This document shows, piece after piece, positions 13,501 to 26,494 of a DNA stretch of 64,000 bases; the first letter of the stretch is position 1, and each line of letters opens with the position of its first letter. This DNA comes from Glaucostegus cemiculus (lineage: Eukaryota). The notes below the pieces were generated by a model. It was not told where the DNA came from and made no database searches. It saw nothing but the letters and a program-made list of their open reading frames with translations. The DNA is taken from NCBI GenBank assembly GCA_976551045.1, contig CDPCPM010000311.1, positions 186,001 through 250,000 of the forward strand, in the 5' to 3' direction. A program made the translations under genes and the position numbers.

Positions 13501-14365
13501 AGATCGGTTTCCCTGGCCTGGTGTTGAGACTTGTCTAACGTTGCTCCTGTGAAGCATCTTGGGATGTTGTACTGTGTTAATGAGCTATATAAATGCTTGT
13601 TGTTGAGGAGGTGGGATTGATTTATCATGGGGCTGGTAACACACTGAGAAATTGCAGGGTTTGTTCCACAGTAAAAAGAAAACAGTTGGTGAGAGTAAAA
13701 AAACCTACAGATCTAAAATAAATTCAGATGGTGCTTAAAACGCATAGTAGCAGATGCTTGAAATGCAGAAGGCTATTTGTGCTGGATCTTGGCTGAAGCA
13801 ATCGGATACTAAGCTCACTACCCTGTGCTCTCCTCACTCCTCTGTGACCCTGTTATCCATTCATTCCTTAAAAATAAAGCATCTAGCTGTATTCTGTACC
13901 TGTGGCAAAGTATTCCTGAATAATGAAATTTTTCCTAAACCCTTTCCTCAATCTTGCAGTGCTGATTTTAAATTGATGACCCTTTTATTTCACAGAGTTA
14001 TCAATCAGAGATCTGAACATTTCATTATTCACTCCACCAAAGCCTGTCAGAATAAAAATTGCTGCTAAATCCAGCTTTGGCCTTGTGAAATGGGGCCAAT
14101 CTTTCTTTCAGCTATTATTTCCCATCAGTTAACCATGCTTGTGAATTTGTGTGGTGCCCTCTCCGTAGCATTTATCAGTTTCTTGTAATTGAATGGCCTG
14201 TGCTCTGTGGCTAGGCTATTGTCTGTATGTTCACCATAATCTTTTATTCTTGATGCTTTGAGTGCAGAACTTGTGCCATGGCCTGGTCTGTTGAGAATGC
14301 TGGATCTGACTGAGTATCCCTTTTACTGGACTGTTGCAGACATTCACTGTTTTCTTTTCTTTCAG

Positions 14366-14493
14366 GAATATGGCATCAATAAGGAAGAGAAGTTGGATAT
14401 TGCCTATGGATACTGCCTTCCACTGATCAAGAAGATGCAGCTGGATTTACAAAGGACACACGAAGATGAATCTGTCAACAAACTGCACCCACT
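14366..14493 (+). CDS. PPIP5K1: PPIP5K1 exon E
   Basis: ttctttcag|GAA TAT...CCA CT|gtaagt; [43 protein letters not shown] ([12 protein letters not shown] is PPIP5K1-type rather than PPIP5K2-type, from recall); phase 0 to 2. Confidence 0.96.
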
Positions 14494-15354
14494 GTAAGTG
14501 AGGCATTGAGAGCATGAGCTTTGGCTGCTCTCAGAATGCTCATCCTCTTGATCAACTGTGTGCCATATCCTTCTGCAGATGACACTTGGTTTCCAGAGGG
14601 AAAATCCTCCCAAAAAAAAATCTGTAAGCTTGAGATTTTTAAGTGTTTTGCTTTTCTTTTTACAAAAAAATCAGGGTGGTTTAAAATTTATGTAATCTGA
14701 ATTCACTGCCTGACAGTGGAGTGGGTGTGGGGGGGGGGGGAAAGTAATTTCAATAATAAATTTGAAAATTGAATCTGGTAAGTAGTTGTAAAGGAAGACA
14801 AAATCACCTGGTTGCTGGCAAAGGAGTGGGGCTAATTGGAGAGCTCTTTCACAGCGCTAGCACAGGCATGATGGGCTGAATATCCTCCTCCTGTGCTGTA
14901 CAGTCCTGTAATTCTGGGAGTTGAGTTGGATGGAGGGAGGATCCTTAATTCCATTGTTTGTATGGTGAGAGATGGTCACAGTAGACTTGTAGACCTGTTG
15001 TGGAACAGGGAAGGTAATTTCTGGAACCTATTGGTCCCCATCAGTATTGTTGGGTGAAGGGAATTCCTCTGTCTTTGGAAGAACCAATCCCAGTCTGTGC
15101 TGAGTTAATTCACTCTTTTGGAAGAAGTGATTGGAACTCTGTTAGGGGGTTACTCAAGTGAGACTGGGCTTGGGAGAGAAGGATTAATGATGTAGGAAGC
15201 CAAGGTGGCCAACAACCACGATTACAGGCACTGTCGTATACAGACACGTACTCTGACACCAGGTGAAATCTGATGCTCTCTTGTCAATCAATGTACCAGT
15301 GTCTCAGCTCCCAGATGCAATAAATCATTTGGGCAAACTACCAGAAGACAACAA

Positions 15355-15790
15355 AAGAAATAGAAGCAAGAACAGGCCATTCAGCCCATTACAACTGTCT
15401 CACCTCTTCCATTGGTGCCATTTTCCTTCACTAACCTAATGACATTGCAAAATCTATAGCTCTGTCCAGAACGTACTCAGTAACGAGCTATCAGAGTCCT
15501 CTTATGTGGAGAATTGCAAAGATTCATCACCCTGTGGGTGAGGAAATTTCTTCTTGTCTGCCCTGAATGGCTGACCCCTTATTTTGAGACTCTGACCCTT
15601 GTTCTACATACCCTAACCAGGGAAAACACCAACTCTGTATCCCCCATGCTAAGTCCCATAACAATTATATATGCTTAAGTGTGGTCCACCTCTCATTCTT
15701 CCAAGCCAGGGAGAAGGTATGGTCAGTCTGCCTGAGCTGTCCTTGTACAGTAGGTCCATTATCCCAAGACTCAATCTGGTAAATTTTGAC
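15355..15790 (-). mobile_element. CR1 LINE 3' fragment
   Basis: gaaatagaagcaagaacaggccattcagccc...gaattgcaaagattcatcaccctgtgggtgaggaaatttc; similar to 58610-58900. Confidence 0.65.
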
Positions 15791-15894
15791 AGTACTTTAT
15801 CGTAGAGAGAGAGAGATGGCACAGAAACAGCCCATCAAGCACTCTTCTTTACATTAATCCTACCTTAACCCATTTTATCCTCCATGTGGTGTTA

Positions 15895-16330
15895 GGCTAG
15901 GGCTGCCTTCTGAGTCAGAAGGTTGTGGGTTTAGTACAAGTTTTCTTGATGTGTGCCTCTCCCTTCCTAATGTGTCTTTCTTCATCACCATCCCTGCCAC
16001 CCATTCTAGCATAGAATATTCTTTGATTTTTTTAATGTGAATTAATACACTGACTCTCCCAGTGCAGTACTGCAGAATGCAACACTTTGAGCAAGACATT
16101 AACCTGAGAGTCCAACCACCATTTTGGTGGGGGTTGGGGGATTACTTTGCGGGGCTTCATACATAAGTGTAGGAAATCCCATGCAACTATTTCAAAGAAG
16201 AACCGGGGTTGTAACCCACAGTATCCTAGTCATTATTGGGTTGCTGTTTGTGGCAACTGGCACATCCTACAATTCAATAAATCAAACGTGCAACTTGCCT
16301 TGTGAAAGGTGCCATAGAAATGCAAGTCTC
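15895..16330 (+). mobile_element. Old Deu-domain SINE (SacSINE1/AmnSINE1-like), degenerate
   Basis: ctgagtcagaaggttgtgggtt...cagtgcagtactg...atcccatgcaactatttcaaagaag...ttgctgtttgtgg...gtgaaaggtgccatagaaatgcaagtct; related copies near 48005 and 57585. Confidence 0.6.
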
Positions 16331-16388
16331 CTATCGTTTCCTTGGGCACCACTCTGCTCACCTGATTATCTTTTGTCTTCTTGTTTAG

Positions 16389-16503
16389 CTATTCTAGAGG
16401 CGTGATGTCTCCTGGACGCCACGTTCGAACACGGTTGTACTTTACGAGTGAGAGCCATGTTCATTCTTTGCTGAGCTTATTTCGTTATGGGGGTCTCTTG
16501 GGA
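16389..16503 (+). CDS. PPIP5K1: PPIP5K1 exon F (YFTSESH motif of the histidine acid phosphatase-like domain)
   Basis: ttgtttag|C TAT TCT...TTG GGA|gtaagt; [38 protein letters not shown]; phase 2 to 0. Confidence 0.97.
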
Positions 16504-16780
16504 GTAAGTAGCTCCTTTTTACTGTCACAGTATCGTCTTTTGCTCAACAAGTCGGTGCTCAACTCTAAGCAAAATTTGAGAATGTCATTTTTTGTTAATT
16601 GATCCACCATCCCATCAGACTGAGCTGCTTTCCTCCTCTGCTCCTCAACGTCTTCCTCCTCTTTCTTCCCCCTCCCACCCCAATTAACAGTTACCTCCTT
16701 CCTCTACCTACTCAATCTGTCAGAAGCATTCTTTAGTCACTATTAGTCTGAATTAATAGATTTTCCACTCTGATTCTTAG

Positions 16781-16888
16781 GAGCTGAAAGATCAGCAGTG
16801 GAAGAGAGCCATGGACTATCTTGGGGCAGTCTCAGAACTGAACTACATGACTCAGATTGTTATCATGCTGTATGAGGATAACAATAAG
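16781..16888 (+). CDS. PPIP5K1: PPIP5K1 exon G
   Basis: ttcttag|GAG CTG...AAT AAG|gtacaa; [36 protein letters not shown]; 108 nt, not captured by the ORF track. Confidence 0.96.
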
Positions 16889-18022
16889 GTACAATAAGAT
16901 AACAACATGGAAATGCTCCCTTTTTTCCAGATGCAGCAGAATGGATTTTCAGTACAGGAGGCCATTTAGCCCATTGATTCTTTGTCAACCCTCTGAGCTA
17001 TTCAGTCAGTCTAGTTCCCCAGCTTTATGCCCTGGAACCCTGCAAGTTTATTTCCCTCAAATACTTATCTAATTTTTTTTCTTTTAAAATCATTGATTGT
17101 CTGAACTTCCACCACCCTCATAGTCAGTGTGTTCCAGGTCATTACTGCTGACTCTATTTGTATAGAGAAAAATGTTTTTCCTTCCAACTCTTTTCCAAAC
17201 AAAAAAGTTTTAATCTATGCTTTCTAATCCATTTGCTCTATTTGGCCATCATTTTAACCCCCACCCCCTCACCTGCTTCCACATCACCTACCAGCCCCTA
17301 CCTCACATACTGACTACCTTCCCTCTACACTCTCACTCCTGATGCAGGGTTTTGACTCAATATGTCAACCATCCCTCTGCCTCCACAGATCCTGCATGAC
17401 CTACTGAGTTCCTCCAGCAGTTTGCTTTTGCTGCAGACCAGCATCTGTAGTCTCTCATGTCCCCTTTCCTATTTTTGTCAATTAACTTGTTTCAGTATCC
17501 TCTGGTTACTGATCCTCCCTCTTTGCTCTCCAAACCCCTCATAATTTTAAGCACTTATTCAATCTCTTCCTGATCCCTAAAGAGAATAACCCAAGCTGCT
17601 CCTGCTTCCACATGACTAAATCCTGGAATCTTTCCAGTACATTTCCCCTGCATTGTCTCCAATGTATTAGAATCATTAGAAAATTTATAATGCAAATAAA
17701 GGCCATTTGGCCCATTGTGGTCATGCTAGTCATATAATAGCCACCAGCCTAATTCCATCTTCCAGGCCTGCAAGTTGCAGAACTTCAAGTATGTGTCCAA
17801 GTTTTAATTTCCACATCCTTCCTTGAGCATGGTGGCCACAGTACTGCAGATAGGGCCTAACCAATGATTTATCAAGATTAAGCATAACTTGTTTTTGTTC
17901 TCCAAGCCTCTGCTGCAGAGCCCAAGATCTTCTGTTTTATTAATAGCTTTACCCACATGATCAGTGCTGCTGTACTGTAACTTATGCTATTGGTTTCTCA
18001 ACATTCTGCTGCTTTCTGCCAG

Positions 18023-18139
18023 GACCCATCTTCTGAAGAGCGATTTCATGTGGAGCTTCATTTCAGTCCAGGGGCTAAAGGTTGTGATGAGGATGAAAAT
18101 GCCCCTACAGGATCTGGCTTTCGTCCTGCATCAGCTGAG
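18023..18139 (+). CDS. PPIP5K1: PPIP5K1 exon H (end of phosphatase-like domain)
   Basis: ttctgccag|GAC CCA...GCT GAG|gtaatt; [39 protein letters not shown]; 117 nt. Confidence 0.96.
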
Positions 18140-19268
18140 GTAATTCACAGTGGGTTGGCATAATCCCATTACGAAATACAAAAAAGAGTGTATATTTTTT
18201 CTTCACAGTCTTAATTTGGATTTATTAGCCCAAAATTCTCTTACAATTCTCTTTTGTCAGCTGCGGCCTAATTAGGTGACTCCGTGTTACAGGGTTGCAT
18301 GTTCCAATCCCACCCTCGAGACTTGGGGCATGCTGTTAACTCACAGGAGAACATTTCGGCCTCATTTTCAGCCTCTGTTGCAGGGATATTGCCTCAAGGA
18401 GGAGCTTCGGTTGAGGAATAAACATCTTTTGAATTTGATCAAATGGATTTTTAATTGGCAGGATTTGCAGTTTAGTAAATCATTTTGATGAATTTGCATG
18501 ATCCTGCTTGTGTTGTTTTTGGAAGGTTTTTCATTTTGTATCTCTCCTTCTGAAACCAGTGAATCTCCCTGCAGCCTTTGTAACATATCCTGTCAGGCGC
18601 ATTAGCTTCATAAAGAATAATTTTAAAACATCAATTGCTGCTAACCATGAGAATTGTACTTGCAGCATACCATAGTATATATTTGAAAACTAATATTTTC
18701 AAGCAAATCTTAATTTAAGTAACCCCAATAAAATATTCTATTATTGGTTCCTCTTTTATTCTTTTACCAATTTATATATTTGGCTTGTAACAGCTAGGAT
18801 GGTATTAATCTGCATCATTCCAAAGGTGGGAAGGATCAGGAGCTGAAATAAATTTGTTTGTGTTCCCTGGCCATAGTCCAACTTTACCCAGATATGTAGA
18901 TATGACAGCAGCTGCTGTGAAAAGTGGAGCTTGGGCAACCACAAAAGTGAATCACATTGTAAAAGACCATCAATAGAGTGGTGAAATTTCAAAATCTGTC
19001 TTCACACTAAGGTCATTCATAGATACAGGAAGAGGCCACTTGGGCCATCTTGTGTTTGCTCTTTGAAGAGGTATCCAATTAACCCTGCAAATCTACCCTT
19101 CCACATACTTATCCAAATTGTTCCAGCAGTTCATGCACCTGTCCTTGCCTGTTTGGGATCGGCAGCTATTTTGAAAAAACAATGGAATGACTTGCTTCAA
19201 TACTCTGCTCTTCCCTGACCAATCATCATTAATAAAGTTGGTTGTAATGGGGTTTCTTACCTCCGTAG

Positions 19269-19436
19269 AACGAAGGTGGCTCCAAAACCGATCAGGGCAG
19301 CATGGAGGATCTTTCAGAGAATCGAGGGAACGATGATGTGGATGGATTTCTCCCAGCCTTGCCTCAGCCAGCTGAGCCCTTTCACAGTCACAGGAAGTCT
19401 GCCCTGACCAAGGCCCGGAAAATGGGCTCCATGGAG
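19269..19436 (+). CDS. PPIP5K1: PPIP5K1 exon I (start of disordered C-terminal region)
   Basis: ctccgtag|AAC GAA...ATG GAG|gtaaat; NEGGSKTDQGSMEDLSENRGNDDVDGFLPALPQPAEPFHSHRKSALTKARKMGSME; resembles PPIP5K1 NEEMKTNQGSME...RKAGSME. Confidence 0.93.
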
Positions 19437-19929
19437 GTAAATAAATCCCAGCAGGTGCCGAAGCATACTGTTTATATTCAGTGCATGTACTGAATTATTT
19501 CTGCAGTCAAAGGGGAACAAACTCAATATCTCCAGTCTTTCTATGTAACAATAGTCCTTCATCCTGGTACCTTCTAGTAAATCTCCTCTGCAACTTTGTG
19601 CCTTGACATCTTCCTGAGGTGTGGAATTGGCCACAAGACAATACCTAGGACTGGAAGATTCCAAAGCAAACTATTGAAGAGAATCTTTAAGATTGCAATA
19701 AGACCACTGCTCCCTTTTCGTAGACCAATCCCACTTATCTTCAAGTCCTAAAACTCACCCCTTTCCTACTCTTAATCAACGTTGTCTTGATCAATGTTGT
19801 GCACTTGAAATTCTTTGGTTGTTTATTCCAGAACAGTTAGATTTCTGGGAGAAAAATTCCCTCTGATTTCACTTTTTACAATTAATATAATTATTAAGTT
19901 CCTTTCACCATAATTTGAACCTTTCATGG

Positions 19930-20400
19930 CATATTCATGATACCAGTGATTTGGATGAGGGAACTGAATGTAATATTTCTAAGTTTGTCAATGACACAAA
20001 GCCAACAAAGTTGTGGGGAAGCTGCAAAAAGGCTTCTAGGCAATATAGACAAGTTGAATGAGTAGGCAAATGCATGACCAATACAGTATAATGTGGATAA
20101 ATGTGAAGTTGATAATAAATTAAAAATAAAGAAGCAATGTATTATTTAAATGGAGATAAGGTCAGGATTGTTAATGTACATAGTGAGGAGGGTGGTGAAC
20201 CTGTGGCGTTCTCCATCACAAAAAGCTGTGGAGGCCAAGTCGGTGAATATAAGGAGGAAATGGATTTCTAGACACAAAAGGCAGAAGGGGTATAGGGGGG
20301 AGAGTAGGAAAATGATACTGAGATAAGAGAGTTGGCCATGATTGTATTGAATAACAGAGCAGATTCAAAATCCTACATAGCTTGCTTCTGCTATTTTTCA
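19930..20400 (+). mobile_element. Decayed CR1 LINE fragment with internal deletion
   Basis: gatttggatgagggaactgaatgtaatatttctaagtttgtcaatgacacaaag encodes DLDEGTECNISKFVNDTK (degenerate RT FADDTK motif), followed by CR1 3' UTR text. Confidence 0.7.
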
Positions 20401-21679
20401 ATATTGCTATTTTTCCAATGAACTGTGCAAATGATCAATTTGGTCACTTTTCTTCATAATATTTTAAAATCTCTATTTTCAGTGTAGGGCTGCCATTGGA
20501 AAGGCTGGTATTAATTAGCATCCCTAGTTACCCTAGGCAGGTAGTGGTGCTGAACTTGGTTTTTGTGCTTCTTGGTGATTTGCTAGATTAGTTCAGAAGG
20601 CTGGGATCATATACAGGACAGCTTGGGTAATGGTTTTCTTCTGCAGAGGATTCGTGAACCAGTTTGTTTTGCAATGACAATCCAGAACTCCAAAATGCTT
20701 TTCCAGTAATATAACCACTGCAACCTCATCAACTTTTCCACAATGAGTCCTTGTATTCCAAAGAAAGCAAGATCAATTTTTGCTTAATGTCAAACCAAAA
20801 TCCACATGAATATGCCATCCGCATTTCTGTTTATTAGGGTTAATGAATTACACATGGATATAGATTTTCATTTGTAGTTCTAACCTATAGAGAGTTTATT
20901 TAGGAATTTTTATGTTGCTGATATAATTTATTCATTGTACTAATAACTGTAATACCATCAAGCACTTGACATCAGAAGACTTTACAGCTGTTGTTTAAAA
21001 ATTCTCATCCTTGATTTTTAAATCCCTATGTGGACACACCCCTTTCTGTCTCTGTAATCTCCTCCAGCCCTATAGCTCTCTATGATCTTTCTGCTCCTCA
21101 AATTCTGGGCTCTGATCATCCCTAAATGTAATCGCTCTGAAATTGACAGCTGAGTCAGACTGCCAAGGCCCTAAGCTGTAGATTTCCCTCCCTGAATCTC
21201 TGCCTCTCTTTCCACTTTCCAAGGTGCTCTTTAGAAGCTCCAGCTTTAAACAAGCATTTGACCCAAGCTTCAGCAAACATCTTGTGGCTCCACGTTATCC
21301 CTTGAAGTGTTTGGAATATATTTCCTATATTAATGGCTTTTAATTTATTAAAAGCATCTCAACTATAATTTTTTTTAAGGTACATTTTGACTCACTGGAT
21401 ACTTTTCCCTGATAATAGACCATTACTTTGAGGATTCTTGAATCACAGTGCAAAATCATTTTATTTCAATTTAAAGCTTTGCATTTTAAAGAGATCGTTT
21501 AATGTTTTCTTAGAGTATTACTTATCATATGGATATTGACAGACGAAGGGTAATTTCCAGCATCATTGACTCACTTGGTAGTAGATCAACTCGGTTAATA
21601 CCACCTTGTCTCCAAGCTATTGAGTCAAGGGCTTAGATTCCACATTTAAATCTTGGTGACTTAAGTTTTATTGGATCTG

Positions 21680-22380
21680 TGTGTCATTGGCGAGGCCAGC
21701 ATTTATGACCTATTCTAATTGCCATTGAAGGTGATGGTGAGTCACCACCTTGAACTGCCTTGGTCCTTCCTGTGAAGGTGCTCCCATGGTACTGTTGGGG
21801 AGTTCAGTTTCATACCCAGTGACCGTGAAGGACCACTGATATATTTCCAAGGCGGATACCGGCAGACGGTGTGTTCCCTTGTGACTGCTGCCATCTGTCT
21901 TGGTGGTAGAGATCGCAAGTTGGGAAGGTGGTGTTGAAGTTGCCGAGGTGAGTAACTGTAATTCATTTTGTAGTCAGTACACACTGTAGGCACTGTGTGC
22001 CAGTGTAAACAATACATGTTTAGGGTGGTAGATGGACCACTAATCAAGTGGGTTGCTTTGTCCTGGATAACATCAAGCTTCTTGAGAGAAGCTAGAGTTG
22101 TAGTGGAGAATATTCTAACACATTCCTGATTTGTGCTTTGTAGATGATGGAAAGACTTTTGGGTGTCAGGAGGCGAGTCACAAAGGATACCCAGCCTCTG
22201 ACCTGCATTGTATGTATGTGACTGGTCAGGTTGAGTTTCTGATCAATTGTAAGGACCTGGTTATACCATTGACTGTCAAGGGTAGGTGGCTTGACTTGCT
22301 CTTGATGGAGACTGTTGTGGTCTAGCATGTCTGTGGCTGAATGGTACTTGCCACTTACCAACCAATGCCTGCATGTTGTT
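21680..22380 (-). mobile_element. Decayed non-LTR retrotransposon RT 3' fragment
   Basis: Minus ORF 22092-22361 contains VTRLLTPKSLSIIYKAQIRNVLEYSPL, a LINE RT C-terminal motif. Confidence 0.75.
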
Positions 22381-22526
22381 GATCCTTGCCTCCATGCTGT
22401 TCCTACTGCTCCATTTGCAGCAGGTAGTTTGGCAAAGCAGATCTTCTCAATGCTGCATCACTGAAGGTCTGAAATTGTCCATTATTTTTTCCTTTTTATG
22501 TAAAGCCTCTCTCTTTTTGTTGATAG

Positions 22527-22620
22527 GTACTGTCAGAAAGTTCTCCCAAGTACACTGGATACCGGCTTTTGGTTCCCCCGTATTCCAGGCAGATGTCTGA
22601 TGTGAAACAGAGCGGACTAG
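22527..22620 (+). CDS. PPIP5K1: PPIP5K1 exon J
   Basis: tttgttgatag|GTA CTG...GGA CTA G|gtaaga; VLSESSPKYTGYRLLVPPYSRQMSDVKQSGL; KQSGLG ending is PPIP5K1-type; phase 0 to 1. Confidence 0.93.
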
Positions 22621-25600
22621 GTAAGAGATTTTGATTTGCTGGAACTTCTAGAATGACAGAGTTACTATGTAGTTTCACTATCTACATGGGATATAATTAG
22701 TGACTATGTGCTTGTAAACTGTATCCACGAACACCAATGTAGCATGGAAGTGCTTGTCATGAAGGACCCTTTCTGGGAGATTTCAACCAAACTTCAGTGA
22801 GGAACTCCATCAGGAATCGAGCTTCCTTGAAGAGCTGTTCCTGATTTCCAAAATACAGCTGGTGACTTAAGGCAAGTTATCAGCAGATTTCCTTAAAAGA
22901 CACAGTGCACATTGTGCTTGGACTTTGATCTGAAGAGCTGTGACTTGCGGGGCTGTGGGCCTAGTAGTGGAAGGTGGGATTGGCCCAGGTAGGTCTTGAC
23001 TAGTACAGAGAAACTAGGCTAAATGGCCTCCTTCTGTGTTGTAAATTTTCTATAATTCTTCTGTATGCTAAAATCTTTTTTGGAGGGGGTAGAAGCATGC
23101 AAAATCCTATATTTTAGTAATAAAAATGTAAGAATAGAAAAGCAGAGAGAATACTATAATTGACCTGGTGATAGTTAGAATATGGTCTCCAGCTCTCTAT
23201 GCCCTCTAGGCCATTGGAAGCATGGGGCTAAGATGGTACCCCGGGGAGCTAAGAATAGTATAGCTTTTCATTAAAGCAAGTTAAGAGAAGGATGGTATAA
23301 ATCTTCATATTTTTTAAGATAAATAGAGAAATTTGCCAGTGGTATAGATTTAATAACGGGAGGGATAGATAAACTATCTTTAAAAGAACAGTGAGATTAG
23401 GAAAAATCTTTCAATGAATAGAGTGTACTGGCAGAGAGAGTAGAGAAATTCAAAGTTCAGGAAGAAGCGGAAGCTTTTCCACAGGGCAGTCAGAGATTGG
23501 GCTTCTCTGGTGCCAGAACCTCTAAGTGTCTGATGGCAGTTACACCCCAAGTCTAAGAGTAGTTATGATGTTGAATATGCCACATAACTGTGCAGGACAA
23601 CACTCTGGTAATGGAATATCAGGGAAATTGAGGGTTCTGGGTTTCTTTCCCTCCAGGATTATAGGTGTGGAATATTGGCTGAATGTTTTATGGCCGTAAA
23701 TGAGTTGAGCCTTTCTGGTTGCTGGTAAAAGTGGGCTCAAGTCAAATAATTGGGTGTAGTTTGATACTAAGCAGCCAGTCAAGATACTTTGTGTGACAGT
23801 TGGAACAGTGTGGGATAGGGAGTGCTCCTCTTGGGTTGGGGTTAACCAGCATTCACTCTTGTAGCAGAGTGTTACCTACCAACAAACTGATCTGTACCTG
23901 CCCTGGGAGTGCTTGATGCAGACATGGGATGCCTGAAACTGCAGATGCTCCATTTGCTTTCACAAGTCGCCCTCCTTTTGACACAGTCAAATGTATTGAA
24001 ATTAAAGAGGTGAAATGTGCTGTATTAATTGCTTGGTCTATAATGCGCACACTTTATTGTTCCACCAGGAAGAGATTGCCACTGTTTTTTGGTTCCTTTT
24101 TTGTTTTGCTAAACATCCATTTAACATAAGGCATGTGTCCTTCAGTGTTATGGAGCAGTGGTGATTGTAACTTGTGCACTGATTTTTGATCTTTTCCCCA
24201 GCCTGTTTTCTTAGTTAGGAAGGAATGGGAGTGAGAACAAAATATTGAGGATAAACAGAACCAGTTTCCTACACTCTTCTGTTTCTGCACTTGGGTCTTG
24301 CCTTTAATGCCTGGCGTTCCTGTGGAAAGCAGGCAGCAGTCTTGTAAGTCAGCGCAAATTAACAGCAACCTGCTTTAAATGATATCTTTTCTGTAAAACA
24401 CCCCAGAGTACTTCAAGCATGCATTATCAAACAACATTAACATTGGACCACAGAAGGAAATATTAAGTTGGGTAATAAGAAGCTGCTTGCACAAACTCGG
24501 TATGTTCCAAAGCACCTTGCGCCCAATGAACAGTTTTGCATTGTTCTTGCATAGAAAATGCTGTCAACTTTTGTTAATATTAGTGACGGTCTTGGTGATA
24601 TTAGTCAAATATTGGCTAGAGCAAAAAGGAGTGTCTTATGGGGGGGGGGGCAAGGGTGATGAAGAAAAGATGAGAGGCTGAGAGAGGGATGTCAGAATTT
24701 GTGGACTAGTCAGCTGCCAGTGGTGGAATAAGCAATGGGGACTACATTGAGGGAAAACCTTTGGGGAGAGGTTCATTTTTGGTCATCACAAGTAAATAAG
24801 TGTGAGAGTATCAGCCTAATGGGACATTTAGTCCCAATGGCTTAAATGCAATCACATTTTCAGGAGCTGAGTATACCTGGTAGCCACATTCGGTGATGAG
24901 GATCATGGCCAATATCTCCCCTTGAGTTTGTGGAGGGTGGTCAGGCTGAAGGAGGTTACACAGATGAGTGCATCATAGTGCATGGCTTTAGGTTTGTGAA
25001 TTCTAGAGACCTTCATCAGTTAGGATCCCAATACCATTTTGGTGGTGATCTGCTGGGTGGTGGATCAGCAAGTGAGGATGTGAAATGGCAATGATCACCT
25101 CCCTTCAGAGGCAGCTAGAGGTGCCTTTGGAAGAAATGATCAGGAATTCTATGGCTGTTATCTGCACCTTGTTGCTTCACCCACTCCACCTCAAGTATTC
25201 TTCATTTGCCACTACCCCACCTCATGTCCCACCCTGCAATCTGGCCAGTCTTGTTCTCTATGAATGCACAGCTGGATTCTGTTCCCCACTTCCCTTCCTT
25301 TTAAGCAGTGAGCTATCAGCTGTTAGAATGAGCAGTGTAACTAACCGACCGAATAAAAATAACCTTTGTGCAGCCAATCACAGCATCTATTGCTTGCCCA
25401 AACCAAGAATCAACGTCAGTTTGTCCAAATAGATGCATGGAGCCACCTTAAAGTTTGCATCTTCGCTTCACGTTTACCTGACTTCCTCCATAACCAATCC
25501 ACAAAGGGTAAACCATGTGAGGGTTCAGATTTGCAAAGTGAATTTTCTTTTCCATCTCTTTTTTTTTTCCAATGAGAGGTCATTTTCTTTACTGCAGTTA

Positions 25601-26494
25601 CAACAAAACCTTGTGAAAAGAAAATACAGAACACTGCCAAACCTCTTGCTCGTCGTGCAGCTGCCAAAGTGGAATGCAAAGCCTTGTTTAAGGATTGGCA
25701 CTGGTGCTGCACCCTTCAAGGAATTTAAGCTACAGAATGAATGGCAGGATAGAAGAGGAGTATTGTGGAGTGCTCTTTAGGCTCTTTGTTCTTGAAAATT
25801 TCTGGATAAGTACATCGCTTGCAGTGGGAAGAGGCTCGGGCCCTTTTGGTCCTATTCATAGAACAGCAATCAATGGTCAAAGAAATGTGCGCCCACGAAG
25901 ACTCAGTTGTTAAAGGCTCTGCCAGTGTAACATGGAGCGCAACGGCTCCAAGTGACTTGGCTGTAGATCCTGTGGTTCCAAGTTACAAGAATAATTGGGC
26001 ACACTTCAGCAGCTCACTGGGTTGGCATGTCCAGAGCTCTGAAAAAGGCGAACTATCAGAGCAAGTTCTTTCTTCGCAGATGTCACCATTTCTCCGTACT
26101 CTGCATGCAGGTCTGGGCCACAAGCGTCAATTAACCATTTGACATGGGGCTTTGTCATTAATCCCAATCCCAGTGAATCCATCAACATGCATACTTGCCT
26201 GCTTTCTAGCAAATCTCATTCCACTAGGTGAGCAGGAGCAGAGCCACTGACTGCTTTTCACAGTGCGGAGTGCTCAGGCTAGCTTAGTATCTCCAGCCTC
26301 TGTGATAGCTGCTGATGGGCTCTAGCTCAATCTAATGATTAATCTTGGGACCTGTCTCCCTTCTAATCATCTGAGGAATTGAGGCAGTTCATGCTTGTAC
26401 AGTTGAATATCTTGAATGTATTGATAGGTGGGTTTTGTCAGCTTATATTTTTTTTTGCTGTATTGAAGGGAAGTTTCATCCTTGAGCAAAAAAG

